A DNA stretch of 64,000 bases, from NCBI RefSeq assembly GCF_009914755.1, contig NC_060927.1; one strand, 5' to 3'. The DNA is from the human T2T-CHM13v2.0 reference genome, Homo sapiens. This document shows, in pieces, positions 47,741 to 64,000 of this stretch (position 1 is the first letter of the stretch; every line of letters starts with the position of its first letter). The notes beneath the pieces are model-generated. The model worked only from the letters and a program-made list of their open reading frames with translations. It ran no database searches and was not told the origin of the DNA. The translations under genes and the position numbers were made by a program.

Positions 47741-49373
47741 CTAGAGTCAGAAGAAAAAAAGTCCATAATCACTTGTTATAATATTAATCAACATATCATA
47801 GGGTTCTGAAAGTATATGTAATTTGGGTAATTAAATATATCATAGTAGGCCAAATAATGCCCAGTTCAATTCTGCACTGCATACAAGATAAGACAAAAAA
47901 GAAATAGCAAAATCAACTTGCTATGAAAATACTGTATTGTATTATTTGTTTCTTTCAATATCACAAGACAAATTTTAAAAACGCTCTTGGATTGTAATCC
48001 AATGGTAAGTTATATTGAATTCTAAAATAGACAAATCCAGAGAGTTTGAAATTAATAAACAAAAAGTATTAAGATACATTCTTCTCTTTACTTTGATTAG
48101 ATACATGTAGGAAAACAAATTCCCTGATATATTTGATTTATTAGTTGTGGACTGTAAGACTAGATCAACATAGTGACTATTCTGTCCATTAATTATTCCT
48201 TCCATTTGTTCACAATACTAGAGTTGATAGAGTTTTCAGAGTCAGTAACAATGATGGACACTAATTACAGATGACTTTAACAGCTGCCAAATATTTTGGA
48301 AAAAGTAATAATTTAATACGGTAATTGCAAAGTGTTAAGAATATTTTAAAATTTGATAAAAAGAAAATATTGTGTACTACCACTTGATTAATTAATGTAC
48401 AACATTAAAATAAATCAAATTCTTAAGTCCAAATAAGCTCTCTCAAGAGTGTAAGAAAGGATCACAGCAATTACATTTATAATATAATTTATTCATTCTT
48501 TTGTTCTAATTTGGCAACTGGAAATTAGGATGAAAATCGTAATCTTTTTCACACTACCCAACATTTAAGAACCTAGCTCTTCAAGTAAAACTCAAGAGGG
48601 GTGGAATTACTTGATGGCTAAATAAATAAACTAGTAGTTAATGGTTTTTCAAATGAGTTCTTTCAAGTCTTTTCGTGGGGCTAAAGGTGCTAGGGAAGCA
48701 GGGGGGATCGTTAAGCAGGAGGGCTCACTTAAACATACATTCAAACATAGAGAAGATGAGGGCACAAATAAGCATAATATAAAATAGAAAATAAAGTACC
48801 TTAAGAGGTAGTACAAATGTCAAGACATTCAGAAAAGGAAAATACTAACTTCTTACATTATTATAAAAATTCATCTTTTGAATCACAAAATGTAACAGTA
48901 TTATTGAACAACAAAGGAAATCACCCAATCTCTACTTACGTTAGCATTTTAACATTCTCTTTTAATATATTTGATTCATAAAAAAAGAAACCCATGGAAT
49001 ACATGTGAGTTATTAATCGTAAGAGTGCAATGAACATCTGTTCACCTACTACCCAACCCAAGACTACACACAAAACCTTCATCAGTAATTCACATTCACC
49101 TGCGTATATTCCCTCTGATCCTGATTCCCTTGGATCAAGAGTTAACCACTATTAGAATGTAACTATCATTCTTAATGTTTATTTCTTTGACTCATTCTTT
49201 TTTGGTTGGTTTGGTTTTATCATATAATATGTGAGTGACTAAAAGATATAATGTATGTTTTTGCTTGTTTCAGAGCTTTATAAAGAGGTATTCTGTAGGT
49301 AGTTTTTTGCAGCCTTTTTTTTTTTTGGCTTTTGAAATTAGAAATACATTGACTAAAAAAAACCCCACAAGAC

Positions 49374-49500
49374 TCAGGTGTGGTGGTGGTGGTGGTGTGT
49401 GCCTGTAGTCCCAGCTACTTGGGATGTTAAGGTGTGAGGATCCCTTGAGTCCAGGAGTCCAAGACAAGCTTAGCCAACAGGGCAAGACCCCATCTCAAAA
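49374..49500 (+). mobile_element. Alu monomer
   Basis: Single arm. Confidence 0.8.
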
Positions 49501-51227
49501 AGAACCATGAGGCTTCTGATTAACTATAGCACACTGTGTCTATTTCTTCTCCACCCTGACTCATTAAAATGACAATAAAATACGAAAAATACAAAAGAGA
49601 GAAGACAACAGGGGAAGAGAGATTTTAACACATTTCTGGATGATGCTAATTAAATTTAGCAGAATGAAAGAAGCTATAAATGGAGTGGCAGCAGAGAGGG
49701 TTATAGAAACAAGTTTTATTCCATAAGAATCCTGGAGATGGTCATAAATTAGAAGTGTACAGTAGTACCAAGGTAGGCAGGGATAAGTTACTGTACTAAA
49801 AACAGAAGGTAGAAACACTGTATGTAGCACTTAGACCAACCCCACCAAAGTTCCTTTTCCCAGTCCCCAAACCCACAGAAGACCAGTGGTTTAGTCTCCA
49901 GAGAAATTGAATTTGAGGAGCTGTATACTCTGAAACTTGGTGGAGAAGGGGAAGGTGGTTGGACTGAAATGGATGAAAATAAAATTCTAGCAACTTGGTT
50001 TATACTATTGGCAGGAGACAGGGATTCTTCTCTAAGGATATTTAATTATAGAAAAGAACAGAATGACGTGGGACAGGAGAGAAAATTTAAGAGCCAATTT
50101 ATCCCCCCCTTTACCCCACTGTCTTCTAGTTAAATCCATTATCTTCATTTCTCTATTCCTAAGAGTGGAAAACAATGAAAGGAACACTGGATATTTAAAG
50201 AATGCCTTATATAAAACACTAAAGAAAAAACCTCCAAGAAAATAGGATAGCTAGAAAAAAGGAATACAGAGAAAGCAAAGAATACAAAAAAGCAGAAGAA
50301 AATCTCAGAGACACACCAGATCATGTCCACAAAAGAAATGGAAGATGAGGGAGCTCCTGCAAAATAAAACAGGGTATCATTCCCTCCCCCACATTCCAAA
50401 TTCTCTACTGGGGAGAAGGCAAAACAAAGTCATTTCAGACATGCTAAGCCTCAAAGGGTGCCTCCCACACACCTTTTCGCAGGAATTTACTGGAGGATGT
50501 GCTCTAGGAAGATTAATTGAGAAAGAAGAAAATGTGGCATCTAGGAAACATGTGACATAGTAGACAGCCAAAGGAAATAGAATAATGGCAAAAGGGAAGT
50601 CCCAGCTGAGAGCTATACAGCACGTTTACAGAGGAACTAGTCTAGACTGGAGCATAAAGATAGAAAAAACCTGAACTATCAGACCGTATGTGTGACCATA
50701 TGTTTTCATCATGTGAAAAACTCTACAGTGGTTACTGGAAGATACAGAAAGATATTTAGTAGTAAGAATATGAAAAATCAAATAAAATGCAAGACAATTA
50801 TTAAGTCCAGGAAAAATGAAGGGCTGCAGAAGAAAGGAGGCAGCTCATAGGGTACCACTCGACTGAGTCATGACAGCTATTGCATAGTCACATGACTGTA
50901 AATGCTATTAGTTTTATTAACAGAGATAGGCTATGTTTGGGTGATGGTGATGAGACTGAATGAGTGGTTTGGTTCTACACAGAAACGTTCTCATCTACCA
51001 TGGTTGTAAGACTAATGCGCAAAACTGGTAAAGTAGAAGATAGCAGTATATGCATGTTATTTAGAAATATAGAGGCGAAGGCTTCATATTTAGAAATAAG
51101 GAGGTGAAGGAAGTTTGCTAGGAAAATGGAGGATGCTTGTTTCTGGAGAATGAAACTAGGGGCTGGTGCCGGTGACAGTTGTTTTTCATTATAAGTCTTT
51201 AGATAATATATGGTTTTAAAAAATAGA

Positions 51228-51537
<310 letters not shown>

Positions 51538-52891
51538 AGAGCATTACTTCTCTAAAAATAACAAGTGAAGATTCACTAAATGTACCGAAAATAAATATAA
51601 CCTATTATGTTCTGATTTTCATGCCTTTGTAAATATTTAATCAAGTACAAATAAAAGGCAACACCTATTAATTATACTAAAATTAGGAAATGTAGATAAG
51701 CAAAAAAAAGAAAGTGTAAAAAAGAGAGTAGAAAAATCCATGTTCTTCCTTCTTCGATGTATTTGTATATATAAAATACTTTTAATGACTTTGGAACACA
51801 AGAGTTTAATGAGTACTGCTAGAATTGGCGAAGGGAAAAAAAAATCTGATGCATTTAAGATTCCCACATCACTGGTAGGGTTATAAGTACCAAGTACAGC
51901 AAAAGACAAAAGGAACAGAAAGAAGAAAGTGAGAAAGGTTTGCTTTCATGATGTATCAGAGTAAGATTATGTGAAGACAGTAAGTCATATCATATGTAAA
52001 CAAGTACAGAGTACCTGTTTGTGTGTATAGATACACGTGTATAGGATACATGTTTATATATGTAACATATCTCTCTCATCAGAAGGATAAATGAAACGTA
52101 TTAGGAACAGGTCCCCCAACAGAATCAGGACGACTGAGATGATAATTTATAAAGAATGGTTCAGATTACTTACAGTGCTAATGTTACAGTAACAGTATAA
52201 TAAAGTTATCAGTTAAAGTTCTACTAAAAGTATACAGAATACAAATACATTCGGATTTCTGTTTTAAGTCTTATAAGCCAACGAAATGAAAAAAAAAAAA
52301 GAAACACCCCAGTTTATATACTAATATCACCTATTTATTAGACCTATGTTGCCACTTAACCTTTATATATTATAGGAAAATAACATATTTGCCTTCTCCC
52401 AAGTGTTTAAAAAATGCATGTAGAAATTTTCCAAATATGCATTATTTACCGAGGCTATTCACATTTTAAATTATTATTTACATATGCCTCCTTTGCTACT
52501 ATGGAAATTGCCAGGTAATTAAATGTTACTTGAATGGAAAATATATTAGAAAAGGACAGAGGTTAAATCTAAGTGTTAGACATGATATCATCAAGCTTGT
52601 AGTCACTACTAACACATCAATCTGAAAACAATTTCTGGTCCACAGAAATTTCTTCCTTTATTATATCATCATTATTCAAGGATTACATAACTTTCATTAA
52701 TAAAATTATTAATACAATAATATTCCAATTCTTGAAAGGCACACTGTCAGAGAGAATCAATAATAAAAAACAACACTGATTGGCAATATATTTTCTTACG
52801 GTAAAACTAAGTAAGTTATAGTGAAAAATACAAAATAATTTACATGCATAACTAATTAAGATTTGCCATAATTAGAAGTAAAAAAATTTAC

Positions 52892-53006
52892 CTGACATAG
52901 AGGGATCGCTTCTGGCTAGTTCGAAGAGAACCTGACCCTGAACTAATACTACTATTCATCATCTGCTCCCGTAAATCATGTATTTTAGCTTCAAAATGAC
53001 TGTATT
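52892..53006 (-). CDS. DLG1: DLG1 exon (115 nt): PDZ3 alpha-3 extension and PDZ3-SH3 linker
   Basis: Minus strand ccatcag|AATACAGTCAT...CTATGTCAG|gtaaat; translates (E)[37 protein letters not shown](R), matching DLG1 except H for R. Confidence 0.97.
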
Positions 53007-54479
53007 CTGATGGAAGAAAAAGAGAAATAAATTGATATATTTTCAAAAAATAAGTTATTTGAAGATAACGTATTAAATATGTAAACTGTCCTATAATTGA
53101 TTAAATGTGGTTAGAACCTTAAAATAGTAATATGCGAAAGATTTTGCCCAACACATAAATTTCAAAAAAAAATTATTAATAACCTAAATGTACCATAAAT
53201 TAGAATTGGCTGAGTTAGAATTTTTCTACATGCTCTTTTAAAGTTTATACCACATTTAGTCAATTAAATGACAATTTCCATGCATCAGACAGCAGTAATC
53301 TTATATTACTGTTGAATTTAAGTGTAAATTTTAAAAATCAGGATTTATTCTAATTTTTATATTAAGGAAGAAACCTATAATAATAATTAATACACTAGAT
53401 GCTTTGATTATTGACTTTTTCCCCTTGAGACAATCAGTTCATTTTACATACTTCAATATGGAACTTGTGCAGGGTCAACATTAAAGGGAAAAATATGCCT
53501 TAAACAAGTGATAAACAAAATTTATTTTAACTGATTTTATAATTTATAAATTATCAAAATTCAAGACACAAAAGCAATCTGAAGTAATATTTGTGAATAT
53601 TTTTATTTAAAATATTTTTTATACAAAAATATGATTTTGAAAATGGACAATTTAAAGCTACATATTAAAAACTACTAAATCTATTAATGACAAAAGTTTA
53701 AGCACCTTTTCAAAAATATTGCAGTTACATGGTTATAAACACATATCTTTTTTCCCCTCTATTTATAACAAATTGCAGACAACTAGGTCATTTCAAATCT
53801 GAGTTTCTTATAAAGCCTGTCTTACAGCAAATAACTTCTCTGGGATTTTGTGTAGGTTAAGATGACAGAGTAAGAGTAAGCATGATTATTGTTGAGTTAC
53901 TCTTTCTTTCACCATAATCATCAACTTTGTTTTACGGATAATAAGCTCAACTGAAGCAACAATTCATCAAAAAGCTTAGAAACATTTAAAATTCCACATT
54001 AATAATAAAATATTTTACTATCCTTTCAAAATTACAACAAAACACTTAAAATAAAAACATAAATAGCCTTAATAGTAGAATGTATCCATCATAATTAAAT
54101 AAATATCAATCCATGGCAAGTTGTCTTTGGTACGTGTAGAAACAGCTAAACTATAGACTGATGAATGGAGATCATAAAAATATATCATGAGTTTATACTG
54201 GTTTTTCTAATGAAAAATTAGGACCACTGGGTTTTTACTTAAGCTCTCCTATTTTAGCGTTGTATCTGCTTTCTTGGATATGAGTAATTCTGGTTCTCAA
54301 TATAGTGGAGATAGCAGAATAAAAGTACCGGCATAATGACTTACTTGTTTTATCCAATATTACAACAGTGAATTAGACCACCAACACTACTACCATGATA
54401 TGATTACTGTAAACAGTTAACTATTTCCTGTAGCTTTTAATCCTTAGGCTATAGCTAGAGATGTATGGTTGAATTATTG

Positions 54480-54782
54480 TTTTCTTTTTTTATTTTTAGA
54501 GACAGGGTCCTGCCCTGTTGCCCAGGCTGGACTACAGTGGCACAAGCATAGTTCACTGCAGGCTTGAGCTCCTGGGCTCAAGCAATCCTGCCTCAGCCTT
54601 CCGAGTAGGTGAGACCATCGTGTGCACCAACATGCTTGGCTAATTTTTAAAAAATTATTTTTGGTAGAGATGGCATCTTGCTGTGTTGCCCAGGCTGTTC
54701 TTGAACTCCTGGCCTCAAGCAGTCCTCTCGCTTTGGCCTCTCACAGCTCTGGGATCACAAGTGTGAGCCACTGTACCTGGCC
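54480..54782 (-). mobile_element. AluJ-like element
   Basis: Diverged dimer. Confidence 0.9.
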
Positions 54783-55019
54783 AATTACCATTTTAAAATC
54801 ACTTGGAATAGTTCCTTCCTGAGTATTACTGTTGCCAAGTGGATACACATTTAGATTCATTTGTACTTTATTTTCAACTTCAATTTGCCTTTAAAATTTT
54901 TCATTGATTTTATAAGTAGGTAAAATAACTCCACAGTCAAATCTATAAAACACAGGTATTTAAAAGTCCAGCTTCTATCCCTTTTTCTCATCCTATTCTG
55001 TCCTGATCCTTATATGTAA

Positions 55020-55753
<734 letters not shown>

Positions 55754-55763
55754 TAAATAAACC

Positions 55764-56310
55764 AGTGGCAGATTATATTTTCCAAAGATGCCTGCATCCC
55801 ACATGCTCTTGTACACTGTGACCTTGCAATTTCCCCATCGACAGGTGGAATCTAATTCCCCTCTCCTGGAATCTGGGCTAGTGCTTTGGGTCATTTGTAT
55901 GCCAAAAAATGTGAAAGTAATCCCGTATGACTTTCAAGGTCAGATTAGAAGAGGCCATGAAGCTTTTGCCTGGTTCTTCTGTAATGCTTGTTCAGTGGAA
56001 GCCAGATACCATGTAACAAGACTGTTCTAAAACCACCATACTGCAGAGGTCACATGATGGTGCTCTGAGCCCAAACTTCTAGCCAGTACCACCAACACAT
56101 AAGACAAGGAGAGCAAAGCCAAACTGGGCCCTCCAAAGCAGCTCATTTGCCACCTAAGTCCCACTAAGTGACCTCAGTTGATGCCAGAAGGAAAACAAGA
56201 ACCATCTGGCCAGAATCCTGCCTGAATTCCTAACCTACAAAACCTATTAAAAGGCTGTTTTAACCTATTAAGCTTGGGGTAGTATCTCATGAAGCAACAG
56301 TAACTGGAGC
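55764..56310. mobile_element. MLT1-type (MaLR) solo LTR
   Basis: gtggcagattatattttccaaagatg...ggtggaatctaattcccctc...aattcctaacctacaaaacc...agcaacagtaactggagca. Confidence 0.75.
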
Positions 56311-57109
56311 ACAGTCTCACTATATGGTTTGTTCTTTTAAGTGTGTGTGTAACAATTCAGACACGCTTGTCCTTTTGTTCTAATGGCAAACTTTTGTTTG
56401 GCTTTTGTCTTTTGGTCTCCTCCTACAAGCAATCTTCCCAGATTGGATTGGAAATACTATCCTTTTATATCCAGTTAAAAACTTTAAAGCAATTAGGAGG
56501 CTTATTCTGTTTTCATATTATCCTCAAATTCTGTCCCCATTTTCTAATAATTGTACCTTATCAAAATTGTCAGAGCATATAGCTTTTTCATGTTATATAC
56601 TCTCTTCCTTATAATCTTCTTCATTAATGCTAACACCAGTCCTTATGTCAGTATCTCTCCTCCTATCATTTTGGATGTCTGCAGGTTGTTCTCTCACCCC
56701 AGGAAGTGTTTATACGAACACTATCACTCTATTTGTTGATATATTTGATTCCAGTTTTTATATGTGAAAGTCTGTTTGATTCAGCTTCTTCCTTTATTGA
56801 GTATGTTCACTCCATTGTCTTCTATAAACTGAGAACAACGGAATTTTCTTTCTTTTTCTGCTGGGGGAGGGAAGTGGAATTCCAGATATTTTTTTCCTTT
56901 AAATCCTAATCATTTTATTATGGCATTTTGAAGTGTAGTTTGAAATAACTTTTTTAATTTTAGAAAAGATTTCTTGTCTATGCATTTTCTAGCATTGTTT
57001 TGGATTTCTTCCTAGGAGACTCCTATTACATGCATGTTGAATATTCTTTACCTACCTTCTATACCTGTCACTTTCAAATCTTTTGTTTCTTCTTACTAAT
57101 TTTTTTTAA

Positions 57110-58330
57110 AGACTAGAGCAATCACAAACTGTTTTTCCTGAACCATTTGACAGCAATTTGCCTTCTTGATGTCTCATCATCCCTGAATACTTCAGTGTGT
57201 ATTTCCTACAGATATTTTCCTATATAACTACAAAACCATCAAAAGTAACATTAATACATTACTACCATCTAATGCTCGGATCCCTATGAAGAGTCACCAG
57301 TAATGTTCTTTACAGCAAAAGGATCCATTTCAAAGTCATTTGTTGCATTTAGTTGTCACGTCTTTTTAGATCTTTGAGTCACAGCAGTTTCTCGGTGTTT
57401 CCTTGACTTTGTGACCTTAATACTGTTGGAGATTACAAGTCAATTGTTTTGTAGAATCTCTCTCAATTTGGGTTTGCCTGAAGTTCCCACACAATTAGAT
57501 TGAAGTTATCCAACTTTGGCAGGAATATCACAAATGTTATGTTCTACCCAATACATCTGTATCAGGTGGTACACAATTTTGATTTGTCCCATCACCAATG
57601 TTATTAACTTTAATCGCTTGATAAAAGTTGTGTCTGCCAGGTTTCTCTACTGTAAAGTTACTTTTCCCTTTTGCAAATAAATTACTGAAACTGTGTACAA
57701 TTCTCCATTCTCATCAAACTTTCAATTAATTCATTTATTTATATGAGTAAAAACTCATTATTTCCTACTTTATTCAGTGGGTTATAATCTGCCATTATTA
57801 TCACCAACTGAATGCTGAGATTGCTCCTGATTTGGCCAGTGAGAGTCCCTTGAAGTTAGATTCTGGGTCCATTTGACATGTCTCCAACATTCCTTGAGTA
57901 CTTGCTTGTTTTCTGGCAAAGGATATTATAGAACAATCTAGCATTTTCTTTGCCTGACTCCTGGGGAACCTGCCGTTTGTCAAAAAAGCCTTAGTAATTT
58001 CAGTGGGAAATAATATTTGCAAGGCAAGATCTGGATGCTAGGTGCTCACTGCTCTTGGGGTGGCACTAGGCTCAGGCCCTCTCAGTGGGCAGAGCCAGGG
58101 AAAATAACATACACACAGATACATACACACTGACGTAGATATTTATGTTTACATCTGTATCAATGGAAAACCATCCCTTCAAACCAACTTCTTCAGTTCT
58201 AATCCAGTATTACAGGATTCATGTTTAAGTTTTCTTCCCTTCCATATTTGTAACTCTCTTCTCAACAGTGAAAATTATGAATAACAATAACCTAACATAT
58301 ATATTAATTTGGTCAATCTGAATTTGAACA
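57110..58330 (-). mobile_element. Old L1MC-type 3' region
   Basis: Shares motifs with 23170-25100 (gcatttagttgtcacgtctct, ttggcaggaatatcaca, ggtttctctactgtaaagtt). Confidence 0.65.
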
Positions 58331-59500
58331 GCCATCCACTTCCCTGACTGGGCTCTGAGCATTCCCATATGTGCTTTCCTCACCAGCCCTCAGGCTCTGA
58401 CTCCTGAAACCAAGGCATTACCCTGCATGGAAGCCAACCTCATGGGTAAGTCCAATGGGCCACCGAAAATCTCCTAAACCTCTCCAGATGTGAGGTGTAG
58501 ATTAAACTATTTTTCTCTCCTCTACATAATGGCTTTAGGACTAAATTGATCAAGTTGTAGAAAGAGAAGGTCTATTTTTGCTTTACAAATTTTTCTTCTT
58601 TTTCACCTTCTTGGTTTAAGGAAGTATGTCTCTTTTAGTCAAATTTAGTTTTTAAAACAATGTTTTTATTTCTACTAATTTTCTGAGTTCTATCAACTTA
58701 TTGATGTTGTTCTTCGACATACTCTATCATTTTTCTTTGTTTCAAAATATTAATTTTATTTTACACTAGCTTCATAAACTATATGTCTTTCTGGTACAGC
58801 TTGACTGTGGAGACATTACGCTAATCCTTATTTTCACTTTTCAAATAGGTTTCCATGGATTTGACTGTGATCTTTTCCTACTGCTCATTTTAATATGAAA
58901 TTAGTTTTCCCCAACTTTTACATAGGAGTTACGAGTCAAGATAGGTTTTCTAACTTCACAGCTCTAGAACTCTCTATTTTGTTGTTTCTCTCAAGTGTTT
59001 AAAGACATGACCTCAGACACTGTGAGATTTCCTGAAACTTTACTTACCCCCATTAATCTGAACCTTCTATTTCCTTTGGCTCTATTATCCCTATCCTACT
59101 CAATTTGGATTTTATTCCCAGCAGTTCTTCCTTAGTGTGGGGCTTTAAATGGAAAGGGAACTACAGCTGGTTAACTGTGTCATAGGGCCCAGACTGCTCG
59201 TGGCCCCTTCATATCTTAGTGTAGATTCCTTGCACTCAACATGCAGATTGTACAAAAACTCTTATAGTTCACTTGGTGTTCTCAAATTTACCTACTGCAT
59301 TTTCTTGTGAGGACTGGTTAACATTGGGCTTCTCCTGTTGCATCCCCTTGCACAGATGCTGATATCAGATGGTCTTGTAGCTGTTAATACCTTGTTTACA
59401 TCAGCTTATATTTGGGGTTCATAGGATATCTTTCATCTTTTTGTCTAGTTTTATTGTAGATTTTTAACAAATTTTGGTTTGGCTTTCCTAATTTTTTTGA

Positions 59501-59858
<358 letters not shown>

Positions 59859-60518
59859 CTCTTTTTGTATTTTCTGTTAGTCTCACTGGTTTATGTTTCT
59901 ATTATTTTACTTCCTAGAAAACAACTAGGAAGTGATGACTTTTCAATATTACCTTTGTTTTTAATTTTACTATTTTAAATATAATTTATTTGTATTTCTG
60001 TATAATTTTATTTTTAATAAAGGCTATGTTTTAGTTTGAAAAATATCTGAAAATTTAACTGGCTCTCCCAAGCCCGTACGCTGTTGCTCTTGAAACAAAA
60101 GAGACTTCTCTGCTTCCTTAGCCCTGAGTTCCGAGTTCCTAGTTTCCCTTCATGTTTTGTTTGCTAATTCCTTAAAAGTTCTGCAATGCTTTTTAAATAA
60201 GATGTGTATTACATTTCATGTAGCATTATTAGTTTTTAGCAATTTTGCTGATCTGATTAATAGAAGTCCTAGTGATTTAAGATAGTCTACATTTTAGAAA
60301 TTTAAAAGCTTTCTGTGTAAAAAGAACACATTACTTTTTAGTGATGCAGAAAAATATTCTTTCTTAATGAGTAACTAAGTTACTACAAAGCAGTTAACAT
60401 AGTCTCAGATATTAAAAATTTAAGATACTGAAGAGCTAAGTCAATTCCTGATAATTTCTTAAATTTGTGATCTATTTCTTTCACTGTATTCAGATCTTCA
60501 TATTTATAGTCTTTGCTT

Positions 60519-60898
<380 letters not shown>

Positions 60899-61034
60899 TA
60901 AACCTTCTATTTCATTTACCTACTTAAGATTCCTACCTTTTCCTTTTGTTTCAATCAATTGATACTTTTAGTCCTATCAGTCTCCACATTTTACCTATCC
61001 TGTGTATATTTTCGTAAATACTCCCACCAACATA

Positions 61035-61320
61035 TTTTTGTTTTGTTTTTAAGGTTTTTTTGGAGACAGGCTCTTGCTCTGTCATCCAGGCTGGAGTGCA
61101 GTGGCACGATCATGGCTCATAGTAGCTCTGACCTCCTGGGCTCAAGCAATCTTCCTACCTTAGCCTCTCAAGTAGCTGAGCCTACAGGCATGCATCACTA
61201 TGCCCAGCTCATTTTTAAAATTACTTGCAGCGACAGGGTGTCCTATGTTACCCAGGGGATCTTCAACTCTTAGGCTCAAGTGATCCTCTTGTCTCAGCCT
61301 CCCGAAGTGCTAACCACTAC
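61035..61320 (-). mobile_element. AluJ-like element
   Basis: Diverged dimer. Confidence 0.88.
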
Positions 61321-61856
61321 ACCTATTTTCTTAAATTTTTATTTTGACGGAAGAGTTTCATCCCTTTTTTCAGTTAAGTCATTTACACTCCTCTCCTAGA
61401 ATTACATCAAAACTCAGCAAAGCTATAATTTTACATAAGAGATTTTCTCCATTCAACATCTCAAAAATTCCTGTATCAAACCATATTTCTTGTCATGAAA
61501 CGTATTAGGACGTATCTGAACTGCTGGCTACAAGTTAGTATGTATACGCTTATACAAGGAGAGATATTTAAAAGCTGATTTTTTCATTTGATATCCCCTT
61601 TCAAATTTTAACCTTTGTTTTCACCGCCACACTAGAAGTAAAAAGTGAGGAAGGGGTATGGGGGAAATTGGATTTCCTCAATCTCTTCTTAACATGCAAT
61701 CCCTATAAAGAAAAACATTCATTTATAACTGTAATAAAATACATTAAACACAGATATTAAACCCAAGAGAAACAATTCTCAGAGGATGGATACTATAAAT
61801 TGGCCTAAAGAAAAAGGGAAACTATTTTTAAGAAGGCCAGTTAGTTGTTTTAAGTA

Positions 61857-62049
61857 CAATAGCTCTCTGGCATACTCGGAGGATTAGTTCCAGAACCCCA
61901 CGTATACCAAAACCCGTGCATGTTCAAGTCTAACAGGAGGCCTTGTGGAATCTGACAGGCATATGGCATTTTCTATCCCAGTTTGGTTGAACAGCACGTG
62001 CGTAAGTGGACACTCGCAGTTCAAACCTGTGTTGTTCAAGGGTCAACTG
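61857..62049. mobile_element. MER8/Tigger2-family DNA transposon, internally deleted
   Basis: ggattagttccagaacccc...taagtggacactcgcagttcaaacctgtgttgttcaagggtcaactg. Confidence 0.8.
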
Positions 62050-62689
62050 CAGCACAGGCGCGTAGAAAAATACAGCAAGGGAAGTGGGAAAGCAGGAGAC
62101 TGAAAAAAATTTTAATTACCTATCTACTACTGAAAATGATAAGAAATGACAAATGTCTGCAAATAAATGCCACTAGTCCACTGCAATCTTCCCAGATTAT
62201 CTCCACCTCTTCTCCCTTTGGTTGGTATAAGAAGTAATAATGAAAATAAAGTCAGGACACTGGGTGTTAGAAATCTACCTTTGTAACTCAAGATTTCAAT
62301 CAAAGCTTTGAAGCGCAGAAAAGTTAAGTGACTATGGCCTAACCTCTCTAGACTCTGGTCACTTGCAAAATAGGGATTATGCCACCAAACAGTTTTTTTC
62401 TTGCGAAAATAAAATATGTCACAAATATAAGACCTAACCAATGGGAAAGAGAAAATAAATTTAACTTATATATTGAGTTTCTTTCCAATTTATTTCTTTT
62501 ATGGTATTATTACAATATAATTAATGCTTTCTGAACAAAAGATTGAGATATAAGCTCTGAAAGTTGGCCTAATACTCTTGAGGAACAATAAGATTAAATA
62601 TTTGAGGTGAGAGATTCCAAGAGTTTAATGAGTAGTTGAAAGAGTAAGAACAGGGTATGGAGACCCACCCAGAACCCCAGAGTTGCCAC

Positions 62690-63155
62690 AAAGATTTTAA
62701 GCTGAAGATATCTGAGATTCAACAGATGCAGGAAAAAAGCCTTCTCGGAGTTTCTCTAATCTGACTAAAAGGTGCAGCTTCCGAGAAATGAAGTTACCAT
62801 AAATACCCTCTGAGGAGTCTGATGGCCCCGAAGAATGGAAAGACCAGTCATACCAGTTTAGACAAATGTCATCACAAACTTTATCCCCCATCTCTTCTCC
62901 TAAAAACTTGTCTTTCCTGAAGAAATGTACGTTTTTCTAATAAAAGCTGTTTCTCCCTCCTTCCTTTCCCTACTAGATTAGGTGTACAAGCTTTTAACTT
63001 CATCCACAAGCTAGCTTCAGTATTTCTTCTGTTGCCTCTTGCATCCATATACAAGAAACTTTTTTTCCATGTTAATCTGTTTTTTTTGTCAGTTTACTTC
63101 ACAGGCCCGTTACTGAACATACAAGGGTGGAGGAAAAGGTTTTTCTTCGCTTAAA
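62690..63155 (+). mobile_element. ERV1-type solo LTR (MER34/MER39-like)
   Basis: 3' end gttaatctgttttttttgtcagttta...gaacatacaagggtggaggaaaaggtttttcttc resembles this LTR family. Confidence 0.55.
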
Positions 63156-63176
63156 AGGGGCTAGAAGAAATCTTAA

Positions 63177-63668
<492 letters not shown>

Positions 63669-63774
63669 AAGAGATTCTTAAACTATAGGAAGTATGTGAT
63701 AAAACTTTATAACTTTGGGATATGGAGTCCAAAACGAGTATAGTATTATATTTCCAGTTCCCATGTTCGATTAT

Positions 63775-64000
63775 TTTTATTTTTATTTTGAGACGGGGTC
63801 TCACTCTGTCGCCCAGGCTCAAGTGCAGTGGTGAGATCATAGCAATCCTGCCTTGGCTGGGACTACGGGTGCGCACTACCACGCATGGCTAATTAAAAAA
63901 CTTTAAAAAAAGTTTTAGCAGAGACAAGATCTTGCTATGTTGCCCAGGCTGGTCTCGAACTCCTGGGCTCAAGTAATCCTCCCACCTAGGCCTTCCAAAG
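63775..64000 (-). mobile_element. AluJ-like element with internal deletion, cut by window edge
   Basis: Partial diverged dimer. Confidence 0.85.

Noticed and set aside
51637-51909. Possible cryptic exon with pyrimidine tracts and AGs near 51815-51875
   Set aside because: I found no matching strong donor and the ORF is low-complexity.

Overview
Primate genomic DNA (human or great ape; Alu-rich, no prokaryotic features) containing the 3' half of DLG1 (SAP97/hDlg, a MAGUK scaffold) on the minus strand. I read 13 coding exons with canonical AG/GT boundaries: the PDZ3 alpha-3/linker exon, SH3, HOOK, the four known alternative inserts (transcript order I3, I2, I5, I4) and six exons running through the guanylate-kinase domain to the stop at 6593-6595. 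A ~2 kb 3' UTR with several poly(A) signals follows. The rest is intron or intergenic DNA with about 40 Alus, old L1 fragments, DNA transposons and LTRs, and almost all ORFs in the supplied track are Alu or chance ORFs. I see no new gene or multi-gene system. The best leads are (1) four exon-like segments in the SH3-GK alternative region (11, 12, 65, 124 nt) that each put a stop codon in frame, a possible poison-exon/NMD layer, (2) His instead of the conserved Arg in the EYSRF motif, and (3) small oddities: an Alu with an inverted tail, a ~35 bp L1 with a 20 bp target-site duplication, and a tail-less Alu with a G-rich insert. Comparisons to canonical DLG1 and to repeat consensi are from memory; repeat boundaries and subfamilies are approximate.
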